Under the pieces are notes generated by a model. That model searched no databases. It was not told where the DNA came from and saw nothing but the letters and a program-made list of their open reading frames with translations. 64,000 bases of DNA. It comes from Blepharisma stoltei ATCC 30299. Lineage: Eukaryota > Protista > Ciliophora. The stretch covers positions 1 to 64,000 of the forward strand of contig CBFDEM010000010.1 in the NCBI GenBank assembly GCA_965603825.1, in the 5' to 3' direction. The translations under genes and the position numbers were made by a program. Shown piece by piece: positions 12,123 through 24,358 of the stretch. The stretch's first letter is position 1. Each line of letters begins with the position of its first letter.

Positions 12123-13301
12123 TTAAGAAAATGCTTGTAGACCTGTAATTCCTTTTCCAATGATAAGTGAATGTATATCTGCGGTTCCCTCATAAGTATT
12201 AACTGCTTCTAGATTCATAGCATGCCTCAAAACATCGTACTCATCCACAATTCCATTCCCTCCCAACATATCTCTAGCTTCTCTAGCAATCTGTAACGAC
12301 TTTTGGCACGCATTTCTTTTTAAAATCGAGACCATTTGAGGAGTTATTTTGCCTTCATCCTTTAATTTAGACACATGATACGCAGCTAATAATCCTAGAG
12401 ATATTTCGGTAGCCATATCAGCTAGTTTTTTCTGGATTAATTGGGTTTGTGCCAAAGGTCTCCCAAATTGTTTTCGTTCTAATGTATAATTTCTAGCAAT
12501 TTTATAGCAAGCTTCAGCAGCTCCAAATGATGACCAAGCGATCCCAAACCTAGCTTCCCCAAGACATGATAAAGGCCCTTTCATCCCTCTTACTTGCAGC
12601 ATATTTTCTTCATCTAGCTCTACGTCATGAAAGCTGACGATACCTGTTGAGCTTGCTCGTAAAGAAAGCTTTCCTTGGATTTTTGTTACTGAAAGTCCCG
12701 GGGTATCTTTTTCTAGCGCAAAACCTATGACGTCTCCAGTTTGGTCTTTCGCCCAGACTACAAAAACATCAGCAATAGGAGAGTTTGAGATTCATATTTT
12801 AGAGCCGTTTAGAACATATTTTGAGCCCTTTTTTTGAGCTCTTGTTTCCATGGCCTCAGGGTTAGACCCATGGTTTGCCTCCGTTAAGCAAAAGCAGCCA
12901 ACATAATCCCCAGACTCCAACTTAGGGACATATTTTTCTTTAATGGAATTTTTAGCATAACTCCTTAATGGGAATAACACAAGTCCATTTTGGACACTTA
13001 AAGAAGTTCTGTAGCCACTGTCTACAGCGTCTAGTTCTTTATTAATAAGTCCATAAGCAACATTGCCAATGGGTTCATCATGGAAGTATCCTTGTTCGCC
13101 AAGGAGTTTAATTATATCTCTCTCCCCAGATTCAGTTCTAAAATCTTGCAAGATTTTAGGCTTTAGTTTTTGCTGAGCAAAATGTCGGGCGCTATCTCTT
13201 ATTAATTTTTCTTCTTCTGTTAATAAGCTTTCAAGATTTAAAGGATCTTCCCATGAAAAGGATATGCTTCTTTGAGCTACTCTTCTTATCGAACGAATCA
13301 T
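12123..13301 (-). CDS. GCDH: Glutaryl-CoA dehydrogenase, mitochondrial, 392 aa
   Basis: Two track ORFs join in frame through TGA=Trp at 12792-12794 ([16 protein letters not shown]); motifs [33 protein letters not shown]; Arg-rich presequence. Confidence 0.95.
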
Positions 13302-14619
13302 GGCTGGATTAAAATTTTACATAAAATATGGACAGTTTAAAACAATGATGGGAATTTAATGTTAAATTTTATTTAAGGTAACAAATCTTTGGCTGAAGAT
13401 TAAAACCAAAAACTAGGAAATAAACGAAAAATTAAAATTTTTTAAGATTAATAGTTCGGGAAGGACTATCCCTATTAAAGTTTTAAGTATTGGAAACTGT
13501 TTTAATTAAACAAAAAATTAATTGCTATTCACCTTCACTTTAATTATGTGAAATTCTTTTTAACTAAAGTTCTAGTTTGCTATGATTTAAACTTGGTATT
13601 TTCGCTTTTATATTTTCATAAGAAAACTGCATGTTATTTGATTATAAGATTGAATAAATATTTCTTTGAGCTGCTCTTCATATCGAACACATTCTAGCAG
13701 GAATGAAAAAATTTTACAACAAGGACAGCTTAAACAATAATACAATAATTCTTTGGTTGGAGGTTTAAACAAAAAGGATAAAAGAAAATAAATTATTTAT
13801 AATTATGAGGGCTTGGGACGTACATAAAGCTTGGAAAGAGTGTAATCCCAACTAAATCTAAAACTAAGAATGCTATTTTTTATCAAGCAAATAAATTTAC
13901 GAAAGCACTCAACTAGTATGATCAAATTTTTCTAATTAAAGAATTTCTTAAATCTCCAGAAATTGATCAATTAAAACATCACTAATATCAGGTTGAAAAT
14001 TAATGCTACTGTGATCTTTTTCGTTTATAATTCCTATTTACTTTTTTCCAATTATGGTTCAGCTTTTCTTTGCTTATCTTGGAGATGTATTCCTGTAGAA
14101 AATGCTAAATTTCTCATTTATATCCCTGCTAGAAATGCTAATAATATCTCGATACTGTTTTTGAAAGGCTTGATTCATATCTTAACTTTTTTGCTAATTT
14201 TTTAATTGTGATTATCTCTTTTATGCCTCTATTTATTATCCTCTTTTAATTTTTTAGCTTCTTCTTTAAACTCTTCCCTTATCTGGATTACTCGAAAAAT
14301 ATTGTGATTCTATTCCCTAACTCTCTTGAATTGACACTGAAAGCATTAACAGCCTTTTAAAATGAAATTAATCAGATGGTTCAACCATGATTATATTAAT
14401 TTTTGTTTTCAAGCAATTTTGCGTTTTCATGTAAGAAGATATAAGAAAAAGTTGCTATCATTTGGAAACAGTAAGTAATTATATTTCAAATATAATATGC
14501 ATAATTGCCACACTTTTCGATACTCCCAAATTTTCTCTGTCTATTTTTATTATTGATCTCATTGAATATGGGTGCATTTTATTTCTTATTGCACAATCAA
14601 GACCATTTCATTATAATAA

Positions 14620-15227
14620 ATGGAATCTAGAAGGCTTCAGAAAGAGTTCGAAGAGCTTTTCAAGCTGAGCGCTCCAGGCACCCAGAGCATTGTATCAGCT
14701 CACATGGTTGGTAATGATATGCATCATTTAAAAGGAATAATCAAAGGACCAGTAAGATTTTATATCAGTAGCCAGACACACCTTATAGTGGCGGAACCTT
14801 TATCGTAGACATCACCATTCCTCCAGATTATCCTTACAAGCCACCAAAAATGAAGTTCGATACCAAAATTTGGCATCCAAACATTTCATCTCAGACTGGA
14901 GCTATCTGTTTAGACATCCTTAAGGATGAATGAAGCCCTGCCTTGACCATCAGAACTGCCCTACTCAGTTTACAAGCTTTATTGTGCGCTCCAGAGCCTG
15001 ACGACCCTCAAGATGCTGTTGTTGCAAGCCAATATAAAAACCATCCTCAAGAATGGGCAAGAACAGCAAGACAATGGACCCAAGAATACGCCAAGGATAT
15101 TGAACAGGTCCATAGGGAACAGATTCAAAGACTAATGGAAATGGGATTCGAAGAAGAAGTGGTAAGAAAAGCTTTAGAAAGTGCAGGATGGGATGAAGAA
15201 GCTGTCGTGAATTCTTTATTAGGCTAA
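14620..15227 (+). CDS. UBE2K: Ubiquitin-conjugating enzyme E2-25K/Ubc1 with C-terminal UBA domain; exons 14620-14751 and 14772-15227
   Basis: Spliced GP|[31 protein letters not shown](TGA 14931)[16 protein letters not shown]-type MGF motif. Confidence 0.93.
14752..14771 (+). other. Spliceosomal intron, atypical 20 nt (GTAAGATTTTATATCAGTAG)
   Basis: The only GT-AG removal I found that restores frame and the conserved GPPDTPY motif without a stop. Confidence 0.7.
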
Positions 15228-15309
15228 TAAATAATTTATTATCTAAAACTGCTTATGGAATTCACGTCAGTTATAAAGAGAATTTTCATAATTTTTTAAA
15301 CATTTTACA

Positions 15310-15969
15310 ATGAATGACCAAGAGATTATGGCCCTTCCTCCTGAGGAGAGGCTAAAACTGTATGTGGAGCAGCTTCAAGAATCCCGCAGAAAACACCAGC
15401 AGGAAAAAGAAGAAGCCAAAGCTAAGAAAATTGAAGAAAAAAAGCGTGAGAAATTCTTAAAAAAGCAAAAGGAGGACAAGTTCACGATAAATCCAAAGTC
15501 AAGGCCTGTTTTTAAGCTCGGAGAGCGATGTACCCCAGAAGCATTTGACAATAAAACTGCGACTTATTTACCTAGATCTGATTTGACTGCAACTGAGCTT
15601 TATCATACAGCTCATTTTATTCCAAGGTCTTATAAATATCCTGAAGTCCCATTCAGATTGACATGCAACAATGGTGACGAGTTCGGACACCCGAAATCAA
15701 GCTTACTTACTAATTCAGGGAAACAGTTGGTTCAGACTAATATTGCGAAGTTTGAAAAAGAAGTTGAACATCGTCGTGAAGAAGAAATGAAACCAAAAAT
15801 AGTTCATTTTGGACCAAGATGGGAGCCAAGTAAAACTCATGGAGGCAGTTTTAGCGTTCCCCCAACAGATGATTATCATCTTTATGCCCAAAACATAAAG
15901 CCTAAATATTTTCAAAGCAAGCCAATGCTCCGAACATCTCGATACGGTGGTCTTTTTTCATATCCTTAA
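15310..15969 (+). CDS. Hypothetical protein, 219 aa (N-terminal coiled coil)
   Basis: Clean ORF, coding-like composition, TAA stop. Confidence 0.8.
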   Translation: MNDQEIMALPPEERLKLYVEQLQESRRKHQQEKEEAKAKKIEEKKREKFLKKQKEDKFTINPKSRPVFKLGERCTPEAFDNKTATYLPRSDLTATELYHTAHFIPRSYKYPEVPFRLTCNNGDEFGHPKSSLLTNSGKQLVQTNIAKFEKEVEHRREEEMKPKIVHFGPRWEPSKTHGGSFSVPPTDDYHLYAQNIKPKYFQSKPMLRTSRYGGLFSYP

Positions 15970-16026
15970 CAATTCTAATACTCAAAATCTATTATTAAAG
16001 CTAATTAGTTCAGAAATCGGTTAATT

Positions 16027-18204
16027 TTATGCTCTTAACCATTGCATTATAGTTTGGTCATACCCACCAGCACTAAAAATGCGTCTATCATCATGACTCC
16101 ACTTCACGTTCATCACATGCTCTGAGTGTCCTCTAAAGGCTTGTGACTTTGCTCCAGCATTATTCGGGAACCCAAATATTTCTACCAAACCCCAGTCATT
16201 CCCTACAGCTACCATTTCTCCATTGTGGCTTCTATCAACTCTATTCACATGGGTATAATCCACGACCCCTCCAAAAATGCCTTGAACTGGCCATCCGAAA
16301 TGAGTGCTCCAAGTTGCCCAGTTTTCGTCCTGGTACCTGGTGCAGCCATCTGGGACTTGTTGACCAGTGGTAATATCCCAGAAAAGCAGCTCATAAGCTC
16401 CACAAGTAGAATGCATAGCACTTCCGTCAACGCTCCAGTCAATTGCTGTGATATATGAGGAATGCTTATTAAGCTTATGGATCAGCTTATAGTTCTGGGC
16501 TACATTGTAAATGTAGACTGCGTTATCATGAGACCCTACTGCAAGTTTGCTGCCGTCTGGGCTGTATCTGATAGCTTCGCTCCATTCTTTAGGGTCTTTT
16601 AAGGTGAATACAACAGTGTCCAAAGCTCTGACTCCTTGTCTGATGGTCACTTTTCCATCATTGTGGGTTACAGCTACATGTCCATTTTGAGGGTGTATTG
16701 CAATTCCACGTGCTTGTTGATTTGGAGTGGTGGTTGCTAAGGTGCTGGCTCCTGCGCCTGCTTTGCGCTCAACTCCTCTTGCGTTATCAAGAGTGCCTGA
16801 AGAAATGCATTTTCTTTGAGCAGTGTCCCAAGCTTTTACTTTATTGTCGTCTCCTACAGTCACAATGACGTTATTATTGCTTGGGTCATTGGCAACGCCC
16901 CAGATTTCTCCATCAGAATGGGATTCCATCAGGACTGTGGCGCTTCCGCTTGAGCTGAATTCTTTGATTGAGCCGTCTCTTAACCCTGCCAAAATATTGC
17001 TGCCACTCATATCAAGGGATTTTGGACAAGACCCAGCATTAATTTCTTTGGTTTTCTGGAAATTTTTGTCGAGGATGATGATTTTGTTGTCTTTGCCTCC
17101 TGAAATGATAGTGTCGTTTACTATAGAAAGAGCGTGGATGCATTGGTTTGGTCCATGGACTTGGACTGTTTTTCTGAGTTCTCTATCTTGCCAATGATAA
17201 AGCATGCCATTTTGGCCACCAGTCACAGCTGTACCATCTCCGAACCATTGGGCAGAAGTCATATTAGTAGCTTCCCCTTGTGAGCCGAATAATCCTTTAT
17301 TGTTGGTTAGAGTGCCATTATCTAAAGTCCAGAAATAAATATGTTTAATTCCAGCTGTGCAGAATTTCAGCTCAGTTTTGCTCCAGCAGACGTCTAAAAT
17401 TTTGTCTGGACCTCCTTTTTGTTCAGCAACTTTTCGGCCAGTTGAAACTTCCCATACGCTGACGTAGTGATCATTATGCATGTCACAGGCTGCTAAATAT
17501 CGCCCATCAAAGCTGAAGCCTAAGCAGCTGACTGCTCTGCGACCTCTACCCAGTTTTACGTCAACTCTTGGGCCAGCTTCTGGATTGCTGACACTCCAAA
17601 CACAAATTTTAGGATTTTGGCCAACTTCTCCAGTAGCGACCAAATCTCTGTTTGTGGTGACTGCAAGGGCTGTTATATCATCACTGTGGCCATTAGCTTG
17701 CTTTACATTGCCAGCTCCAAAGAATTTTTGGGTGTTGTTAGACTTGTCAAGGACAACACCTAGGGCTGCAGTCATATAGACAACTTGGTTTGGGTTGCTG
17801 GTATAGAACAAGTTTTGTCTAGAATCAAAACATCTGTACCCATAGGCGTACTCAAGCCTCATATTTATGTTTGGTGGCTGGTTTTGGAACGCAGGTGCGT
17901 TAGAAGGCGCTTTAATTGCTCCAAGCCATGGTTTAACAGCTAAAGCTTGTTCTCCTGCTCCAGCTTCTTCCATTTCAAAGAGCCCGACCATTGCTTGGTT
18001 GTCTTCAGGACGCTGCTCTGATCTGTCATAAATTGAGATTTGGTTGCCTTTTTTATCAGTTCTTGTCCCACTGATTTCAATCATCAAATCATGGTCTTCA
18101 GCTGAAGTCTGATTTGCTGAAGGTTTTACCTGAGCTGAGCTGCCTTGGTTGCTAGACCCTGTAGTTGGAGCTTTTGCTTCGTTTTTTGATCCTCCACACC
18201 CCAT
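16027..18204 (-). CDS. EML (echinoderm microtubule-associated protein-like) HELP/WD40 protein, 725 aa
   Basis: HELP motif LEYAYGYRCFDSRQNLFY, many WD repeats, N-terminal MGCGGS acylation motif. Confidence 0.92.
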   Translation of the reverse strand: MGCGGSKNEAKAPTTGSSNQGSSAQVKPSANQTSAEDHDLMIEISGTRTDKKGNQISIYDRSEQRPEDNQAMVGLFEMEEAGAGEQALAVKPWLGAIKAPSNAPAFQNQPPNINMRLEYAYGYRCFDSRQNLFYTSNPNQVVYMTAALGVVLDKSNNTQKFFGAGNVKQANGHSDDITALAVTTNRDLVATGEVGQNPKICVWSVSNPEAGPRVDVKLGRGRRAVSCLGFSFDGRYLAACDMHNDHYVSVWEVSTGRKVAEQKGGPDKILDVCWSKTELKFCTAGIKHIYFWTLDNGTLTNNKGLFGSQGEATNMTSAQWFGDGTAVTGGQNGMLYHWQDRELRKTVQVHGPNQCIHALSIVNDTIISGGKDNKIIILDKNFQKTKEINAGSCPKSLDMSGSNILAGLRDGSIKEFSSSGSATVLMESHSDGEIWGVANDPSNNNVIVTVGDDNKVKAWDTAQRKCISSGTLDNARGVERKAGAGASTLATTTPNQQARGIAIHPQNGHVAVTHNDGKVTIRQGVRALDTVVFTLKDPKEWSEAIRYSPDGSKLAVGSHDNAVYIYNVAQNYKLIHKLNKHSSYITAIDWSVDGSAMHSTCGAYELLFWDITTGQQVPDGCTRYQDENWATWSTHFGWPVQGIFGGVVDYTHVNRVDRSHNGEMVAVGNDWGLVEIFGFPNNAGAKSQAFRGHSEHVMNVKWSHDDRRIFSAGGYDQTIMQWLRA

Positions 18205-18422
18205 GTTATTTATTATAAGTTATCGTATAACTGCCATGATGTATGGGAAATTTGACGAATAAATCGCGAGAAGTGTAACGGACTTGTGAAGGAATAATGT
18301 ACAAATATGTGGATTTAGCAAGAGTGCTCAGTAATTTAGTATCATTGAAATATTGTGCAGCTTTATTAGATAACGTTTATAATTATAATTTTAGTATTTT
18401 TTACCCTGTTATGCTTAAAAGT

Positions 18423-19700
18423 TTAAACTCTACACACGTATGAGCTGGCTTGGGTGACATATCGTACCCATCTGTATGGGGAAGGGACTTTTCCTTGGTC
18501 TGCTATCCTCAAATATTTCACTTGCATATTTGATGCGTTATACATGGGGATTTCAAATTGCATTGAAATAGGGCCTATTTCTTTTGATGAAGCAGAGGCA
18601 CTTAAGCTGATTTTAGCTTTGATAGCATGCTCAGCGTTTCCAGGGAATTTTTTAATATTTCATTCAGCGAGCTTTTCTTGGTCTCTATATTCTGATTGCT
18701 GTCCGCTGAGTCCTTTTGGCATTTCAAACATGACGGATGTTGTCGTCTTAGGCAAGTTAAATTTCACTGATACATTTGACCCGAATTGGCTTTCTGGGAA
18801 GCATGATTTAATTTTTACCAAAATCTCCACTTTATAAGGCGTTAAATTTTCCACGAATGGGAAAATCCTAAACGGGGTCTGATAGTCTCCTCTGATTCTG
18901 TAGTTCATTGCAATGAATTCTCCATCAGGAGGATTAATTGTCAGAATCTTAAATTCATTAAATTCACTTGAGCTTACACATTCGTGGAAATTACAATCAT
19001 CTAGCACGACGCTCCCATAATTTCCGCTTCCTCTTCCAATAACTAAATCTTCATTTAATGCTAGCCTGAGCTGAGGATTTCCATATAAATATGATTTCAT
19101 CTGAATGCATCCGTCTATTGACGAATTCAATATATATCCATTAGAATTGAACAGTACTGACACTTTTTCTAAAATATCCACAAAAATCTCATTCTTTTGC
19201 TTCTTCGAAAGTGGCTTCTGAGCTGCAATATGAGGGACTGTATTAGAAAAAGGGTTCGACTTAAGTAAAGATGTAGACTGGTCTATTGCAACTGGATCGT
19301 TCACGATAAAAGGCCTGACTTGTTCAGCTGAAGTACTCTGAGGGTACCCATAGTCAATTATTTCATCAATTATCTCATATACCAGCACAAAATTTTTTCT
19401 TATGCTTTCTTCAGTCAAAATTCCACAGAAGTCTTTAATTACTGTGACTAGCCTATAAAGCAAGTCAAATGCATATGATGGGGATACGTTGTGAAGGGTC
19501 GTAACGACTAGGTAAAGCCCATTTCTTTTTATGTGGAGAAAATTAATTCCTTCAATGTTAAATGCTGGGGGTGGGTCGCCTTTCCAAAACTTTGCTTTCC
19601 TGAAGAATATTTCATTGGTTCCACGGGCGAGATCGCCTCGAAAATCACGAGTAATTATGGTATCACCTCTTGCTGAAAGAATAAAAAGCTGAGAAAGCAT
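18423..19700 (-). CDS. AP4M1: AP-4 adaptor complex mu subunit, 425 aa
   Basis: MLSQLFILSARGD..RDFRGD, NFVLVYEIIDEIIDYGYPQ, KNEIFVD; reads through TGA at 18660 to YRWVRYVTQASSYVCRV-TAA. Confidence 0.93.
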
Positions 19701-20019
19701 TTATTCTAACACAATTTTGATGTATTTCATAATAGGGATGCTGATAAAATTCAGATTATTTATAAATCATAATTAGAGCTATTTTAATGAAACTTTTAAA
19801 AAATTTTGCGCTAATTTTTAAAGGTTCAGGTTTATTAGTTACTAAAGCTGACTTATTTATTTTCTATTAAATTATTTATATGTATTTTCATGCAATTTTA
19901 TCTAAATTCATTTTACAGCAATAAGCCAAATTTACACAAAGCTTAAAAATAAAAGATAATCATTAGATAAATTTCAGGAAAATCCCATTTAAGAACATTA
20001 ATGAATATCAGTTGCAAAT

Positions 20020-22557
20020 ATGGAGACAATAAATCGTATCTGGATAGAACTTGAGAGCCAAAAGTATCAAAAACTTTACACCCCACTTGAAGAAGAAATA
20101 ATAATCCCTAACCCTTTTTCTCAAAACGAATATATCCTGACTCACTCATTTGTGCACTCAAACAATAACTTTATAGCAAAAGATCTAGATGGATACATTT
20201 TTCACATAAAAATTTTTTCTTGTTCTTCTTATGAAGATCTGAAGTTAATTCACCTTAATCTTAAGATTATCCGAGAGCATACTGAAAGTCTAAACTTAGT
20301 GCAGATAGTGGACGTATTTGAATACAAGGAGAGAAACTCATGGATCGTCATTTGTGTATTAGAAATGCTGGATGGGCTCACTATAGAACAATTTAGAGAG
20401 CTTGTGGATGAGCTGAATTTATTAGATAAGCTGTCTAAAGAGTTTTGTATTTCTATATTTTTAAAAATTATAGAATTGATTGAAGAATCGCATAATAGAG
20501 GAGTCTTAATAGGCAATCTTATGCCAAATACAATTTATATTTATAGAGATTATGAAGAGGAAGGATTCGCTTCATATAAAATAAAGGTTGCTGTTACAAC
20601 AAAAGAGCCGAGCAAATCTTCAAAATTTTTGCATCTTTATTATCCTGAAAATAAAAAAAAGCAACTTAAATATAAAATTTGGGGAGCTGGGATTTCTTTA
20701 TATAATTTAATTGGGCAGAAAAATCTTAGCGAAATCTCATATCAAGAAATAGAAGAGAGTGCTAATCCAGATTTACCTCTGAGGTTTAAGGACAATGCTT
20801 TAATATCTCTTCTCACAAAATGCCTAAAAGGTGACATCTCACAATCCATTTTTCAAGATCCCTTTATTACTTCCTGAAAATATCTATTCGAAAACGACCA
20901 ATCTTTAATGCAAAAAATTCAAGTCAGCGAAATGCCTGTGCTTGCTTCCGGTCTATCATTTGAGCTTGACCTCAGCAAAGAAAAATGCACCAAAAGAATC
21001 TTAGAGCTTGCCCTTGAAAATACTTCAGAAGTCGCTCTATATCTCAAAGAAAAAGAAACAATTTGCACTTTTATCAAAACCAGCATCCATCTCTGTTTAA
21101 GTTCGTACTCGAATCATCTTATTACACCTTTACTTGTCATTTTATATAGAAAAATTGAAAGCAAAAAGCTAAAAAAATGGCTCGTAAAGTCAGGTTTTTA
21201 TTCCTTAATTCAATCTCCTATGATTTTTTTAGCAAATATTAATTTACTTTGCAATTTTTCTAGTAAATTTTTAAAAAAAAATACATTGACTTTGCTTCAA
21301 ATTTTTGCAGACAATGGATTTTTAGATATGGCATTTGAGGTGGATTCTAGAGGAGGTGGGGGAGAGCTGCATGATTTTCTGGACTCAACTTTGCCATATT
21401 ATGGGCCAAATGCTATAAACCTTATAGAAAATGCTTATAATTCAGCAAAAACGACAACTCCATTGAAAGCATTGAAACTCAAAGCTATGCAGAGGCTTAG
21501 TGAGGTACCTTATCATTTTAGAATTGAGCACTGTCAAGTGACATTGAATTTCATTAATAAAATGATTTCTGCAAAGTCTAAATTTCACAGAGCAAAAGGT
21601 ATTTCTATTGATTTGCTTGATATCATTATAGATATCTTTATTGAAACTTTAGTTTTTCATGATCAAATCCAAGATCATTATAACAGAGGAACTTGCATAA
21701 GCCACTCAAAATCAGAAAAGTTATCTTTTAAAGCAAAAAATCCTATATTAGTTACCTGCTGTGAATGCCAAAATGTTGCATTATGCACTGTTTGCCGGGC
21801 TGTAAAGCATTCAGGCCACAGTAAAAGTCAAATGTTTTTGCATTATTATCAAGAAATTACTAGATGCAATTGCAAAGATGAGCATAAAGATTATGAATTA
21901 GGTGGAATACGCTTTATCCTTCCTAAATTCAGCCAAAATTTTGCTTTTAAGCTGCAAAATGACAGTATCCAAGAATCGAATATTTTTGAAGGAGACGGAG
22001 AAACACGTATAACCACTGAAAATTCTATATCATTGGCCCAACAGTCTGCAAATCAAGATATTCATGCCTATTTCGAAGTAAAAATATACAAAGCAGGGTC
22101 TCTCGAAGATATTACTATAGGACTTGAAGGGACAGGAATTTCATATTGTGGAAACACAGGAGGGATTTATTTAAATGCATTAAAAGTAGAAACTGGCCCT
22201 AGGTTTGGATCGTATGATACAATTGGGATGGGACTTACAATGACCTCTAAAGTTTTTATTTCTTATAATGGAGTTGTTATATATCCTTTAATTGACTCAG
22301 AAATAAAAAGAGAAATAAAGCCATTTGTAGTAGCCAAAGGGGATAAGTGGAAAATTGAAATAAAATTTGACGAATGGATGCTGAAAAGCACAGGTGCTTC
22401 AATGCTAAGGGGAGAAATTCTGATGTCAAGCCAAGAAATAATTCAAAAATTAAACAAAAGGATCAAAGAAGTCAAGAAAAAGGAAAAAAATGATTGCAGA
22501 GAATTGACTGATAAATTTCAATTTTTAAGAGAAGAAATAGAAAGAACTATAAGGTAA
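20020..22557 (+). CDS. Degenerate kinase-like domain + Cys/His zinc finger (UBR/B-box-like) + SPRY domain, 845 aa
   Basis: Two track ORFs join in frame via TGA at 20875; HNRGVLIGNLMPNTI; CCECQNVALCTVCRAVKHSGH..CNC; YFEVKI..IGL..GPRFGSYDTIGMGL..SYNG. Confidence 0.8.
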
Positions 22558-22758
22558 TAATTAATTGGTGATAAAAAATCAATACAAGTAATAATGAAAT
22601 ACTTATGCTAAGAACATAATTTAAATTGAAATAATAGACAACAAATAATTAATCCTATTGATTATCAATAAAATATTTTTATGATTCATGTTATCTATTG
22701 AGTTTAAATAAATGTGATCATATTTTGAATTGTTAGATATAATTTATTCTAATCTGAT

Positions 22759-23331
22759 ATGAACAATCGACCAGCACAAGACCAGCTGCAACAAGCAGAA
22801 CAAAGGAATCTCGAAGCTCTAGGAAACATCCTACGGGTTGCAAAAGAAACTGAAGAAATCGGCAACGCAACCAGTAAAGAACTTTACATACAAGAGCAGC
22901 AAATTGATAGAATCGGCAACAAGTCGAATACAATATCTTCAAATCTCGATAAATCTGGAAAAATCGTCAAAAGCATGGGAAGCTTCATGGGCAGAGTAAA
23001 AGGCTGGTTCTCTAAAAATTCAAAAGAAAAGGAACCAGAAATTCAATACCCTAATAATGAACCAATACCACAGCAAAATAATAGAAGTTTAAGAAATCAA
23101 GAGCCAGTTCTGGTGGTTCAACCGAAAAAACAGGTGGGATATAATGAAAAAGAAGATGAGCTTCTTGATGAAATAAGCCAATCCGTTGCAAATACGTTAA
23201 TTTCCGCAAATTCCATTTCTGACGCCCTTGATAGGCAGAATAAGAAACTTGATGTCATACACGAGATAACTGATAGAAACAATAAAAAACTGGAAAACCT
23301 GAATGAAAAAACTTTAATGCTTTTAAGATAG
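22759..23331 (+). CDS. SNAP-25-like Qbc SNARE, 190 aa
   Basis: Two SNARE coiled coils (ETEEIG..L..QEQQIDRI; DELLDEI..LDRQNKKLD), no TM. Confidence 0.85.
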   Translation: MNNRPAQDQLQQAEQRNLEALGNILRVAKETEEIGNATSKELYIQEQQIDRIGNKSNTISSNLDKSGKIVKSMGSFMGRVKGWFSKNSKEKEPEIQYPNNEPIPQQNNRSLRNQEPVLVVQPKKQVGYNEKEDELLDEISQSVANTLISANSISDALDRQNKKLDVIHEITDRNNKKLENLNEKTLMLLR

Positions 23332-23377
23332 ATTTTTTATATATAGTGATAAATTAGTTTCTTTAAAAATATGATAA

Positions 23378-24226
23378 ATGGATTCAGTCGAAATCTCCAA
23401 GGATAATGAAAGACCTTCAAAGTCATATTGAATGGAACAAAACCTCTGCTATATCGCCTGCAAAAAACTACGTGAGATTTTTATTCCTGGATCTCATAAT
23501 TCTGGGGCATACCGATCTTCAAATAAAATTGTTTCACCTTGGGTGAAGTGCCAATCAAAATCTTTCCTTAAGCAGCTTAACGCCGGAGTCCGCTATTTTG
23601 ACTGTAGGCTTGAATATAGGACTGATAAAGGTCAAGATCATCTATGGTTTCATCATGGAAAATATGACTGTGACGTTTCTATATTAGCTTTACTAGATGC
23701 AGTCACTCAGTTTCTCTCAAGAAGCCCCAAAGAAATAATCATCCTAGACTTCAGCCATTTCCGAAAATTCAAAAAAACTGCCTTTGATGAGCTAAATCAA
23801 TACTTCACTATTCTCTCAGATGTGCTAATTCTAAAAGATGAAGCAGAACTAACAGTAATCGAGCTCTTAGAACTCGACAAAAGAGTAATGATCCTTACTG
23901 ATAAGCATGAGTTTGGAAATCATCTCTTTGGAGAATCTATTAATAAATGCCACTCATGGCCTGATACATCTGAAATTAAACAGTTAAAAAAATTTCTGAA
24001 GAAAAAAATAGCCCCTAAGCAAGAACTGTGGCTGTGTCAATGTGTGCTTACTCCAAAGCTATCTACTTGCAAGATGCTTGCAAAGAAATTAAAGCCATAT
24101 TTGGAGAAATGGTTTGATAGTGTATGGATGGATTATGTAAATATTGTATTTACAGATTTCTCACATGACAATAATATAGTCGATATAGCGATTCGAGCAA
24201 ACCAAAGAAGAGGGATGTTAAATTAG
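23378..24226 (+). CDS. PI-PLC X-domain protein (PLCXD-like), 282 aa
   Basis: Start extended to ATG 23378 via TGA giving the family's WM motif; IPGSHNSG, QLNAGVRYFDCR, HG, EIIILDF. Confidence 0.88.
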
Positions 24227-24358
24227 TTTAATACCAGTGGTATTTTATTAAAAACTATACATATTCTATTGAAAATTATCACTAAAATTCATTATAATTA
24301 GCACATAAATTCCCATTTTTGCCTATCTATGATAAAATTCTCTTATATATAAACATTC

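Noticed and set aside
13400-14600. ORFs 13993-14205 and 14462-14668, and a possible gene in this 1.3-kb gap
   Set aside because: Non-ATG starts and low-complexity translations; the minus strand has only short K/E-rich pieces broken by TAA/TAG. At most a decayed remnant that I cannot delimit.
14753-14770. TA-bounded IES retained in the UBC gene
   Set aside because: Excision between the TA dinucleotides (16 nt) does not restore the frame; a 20-nt GT-AG intron does.
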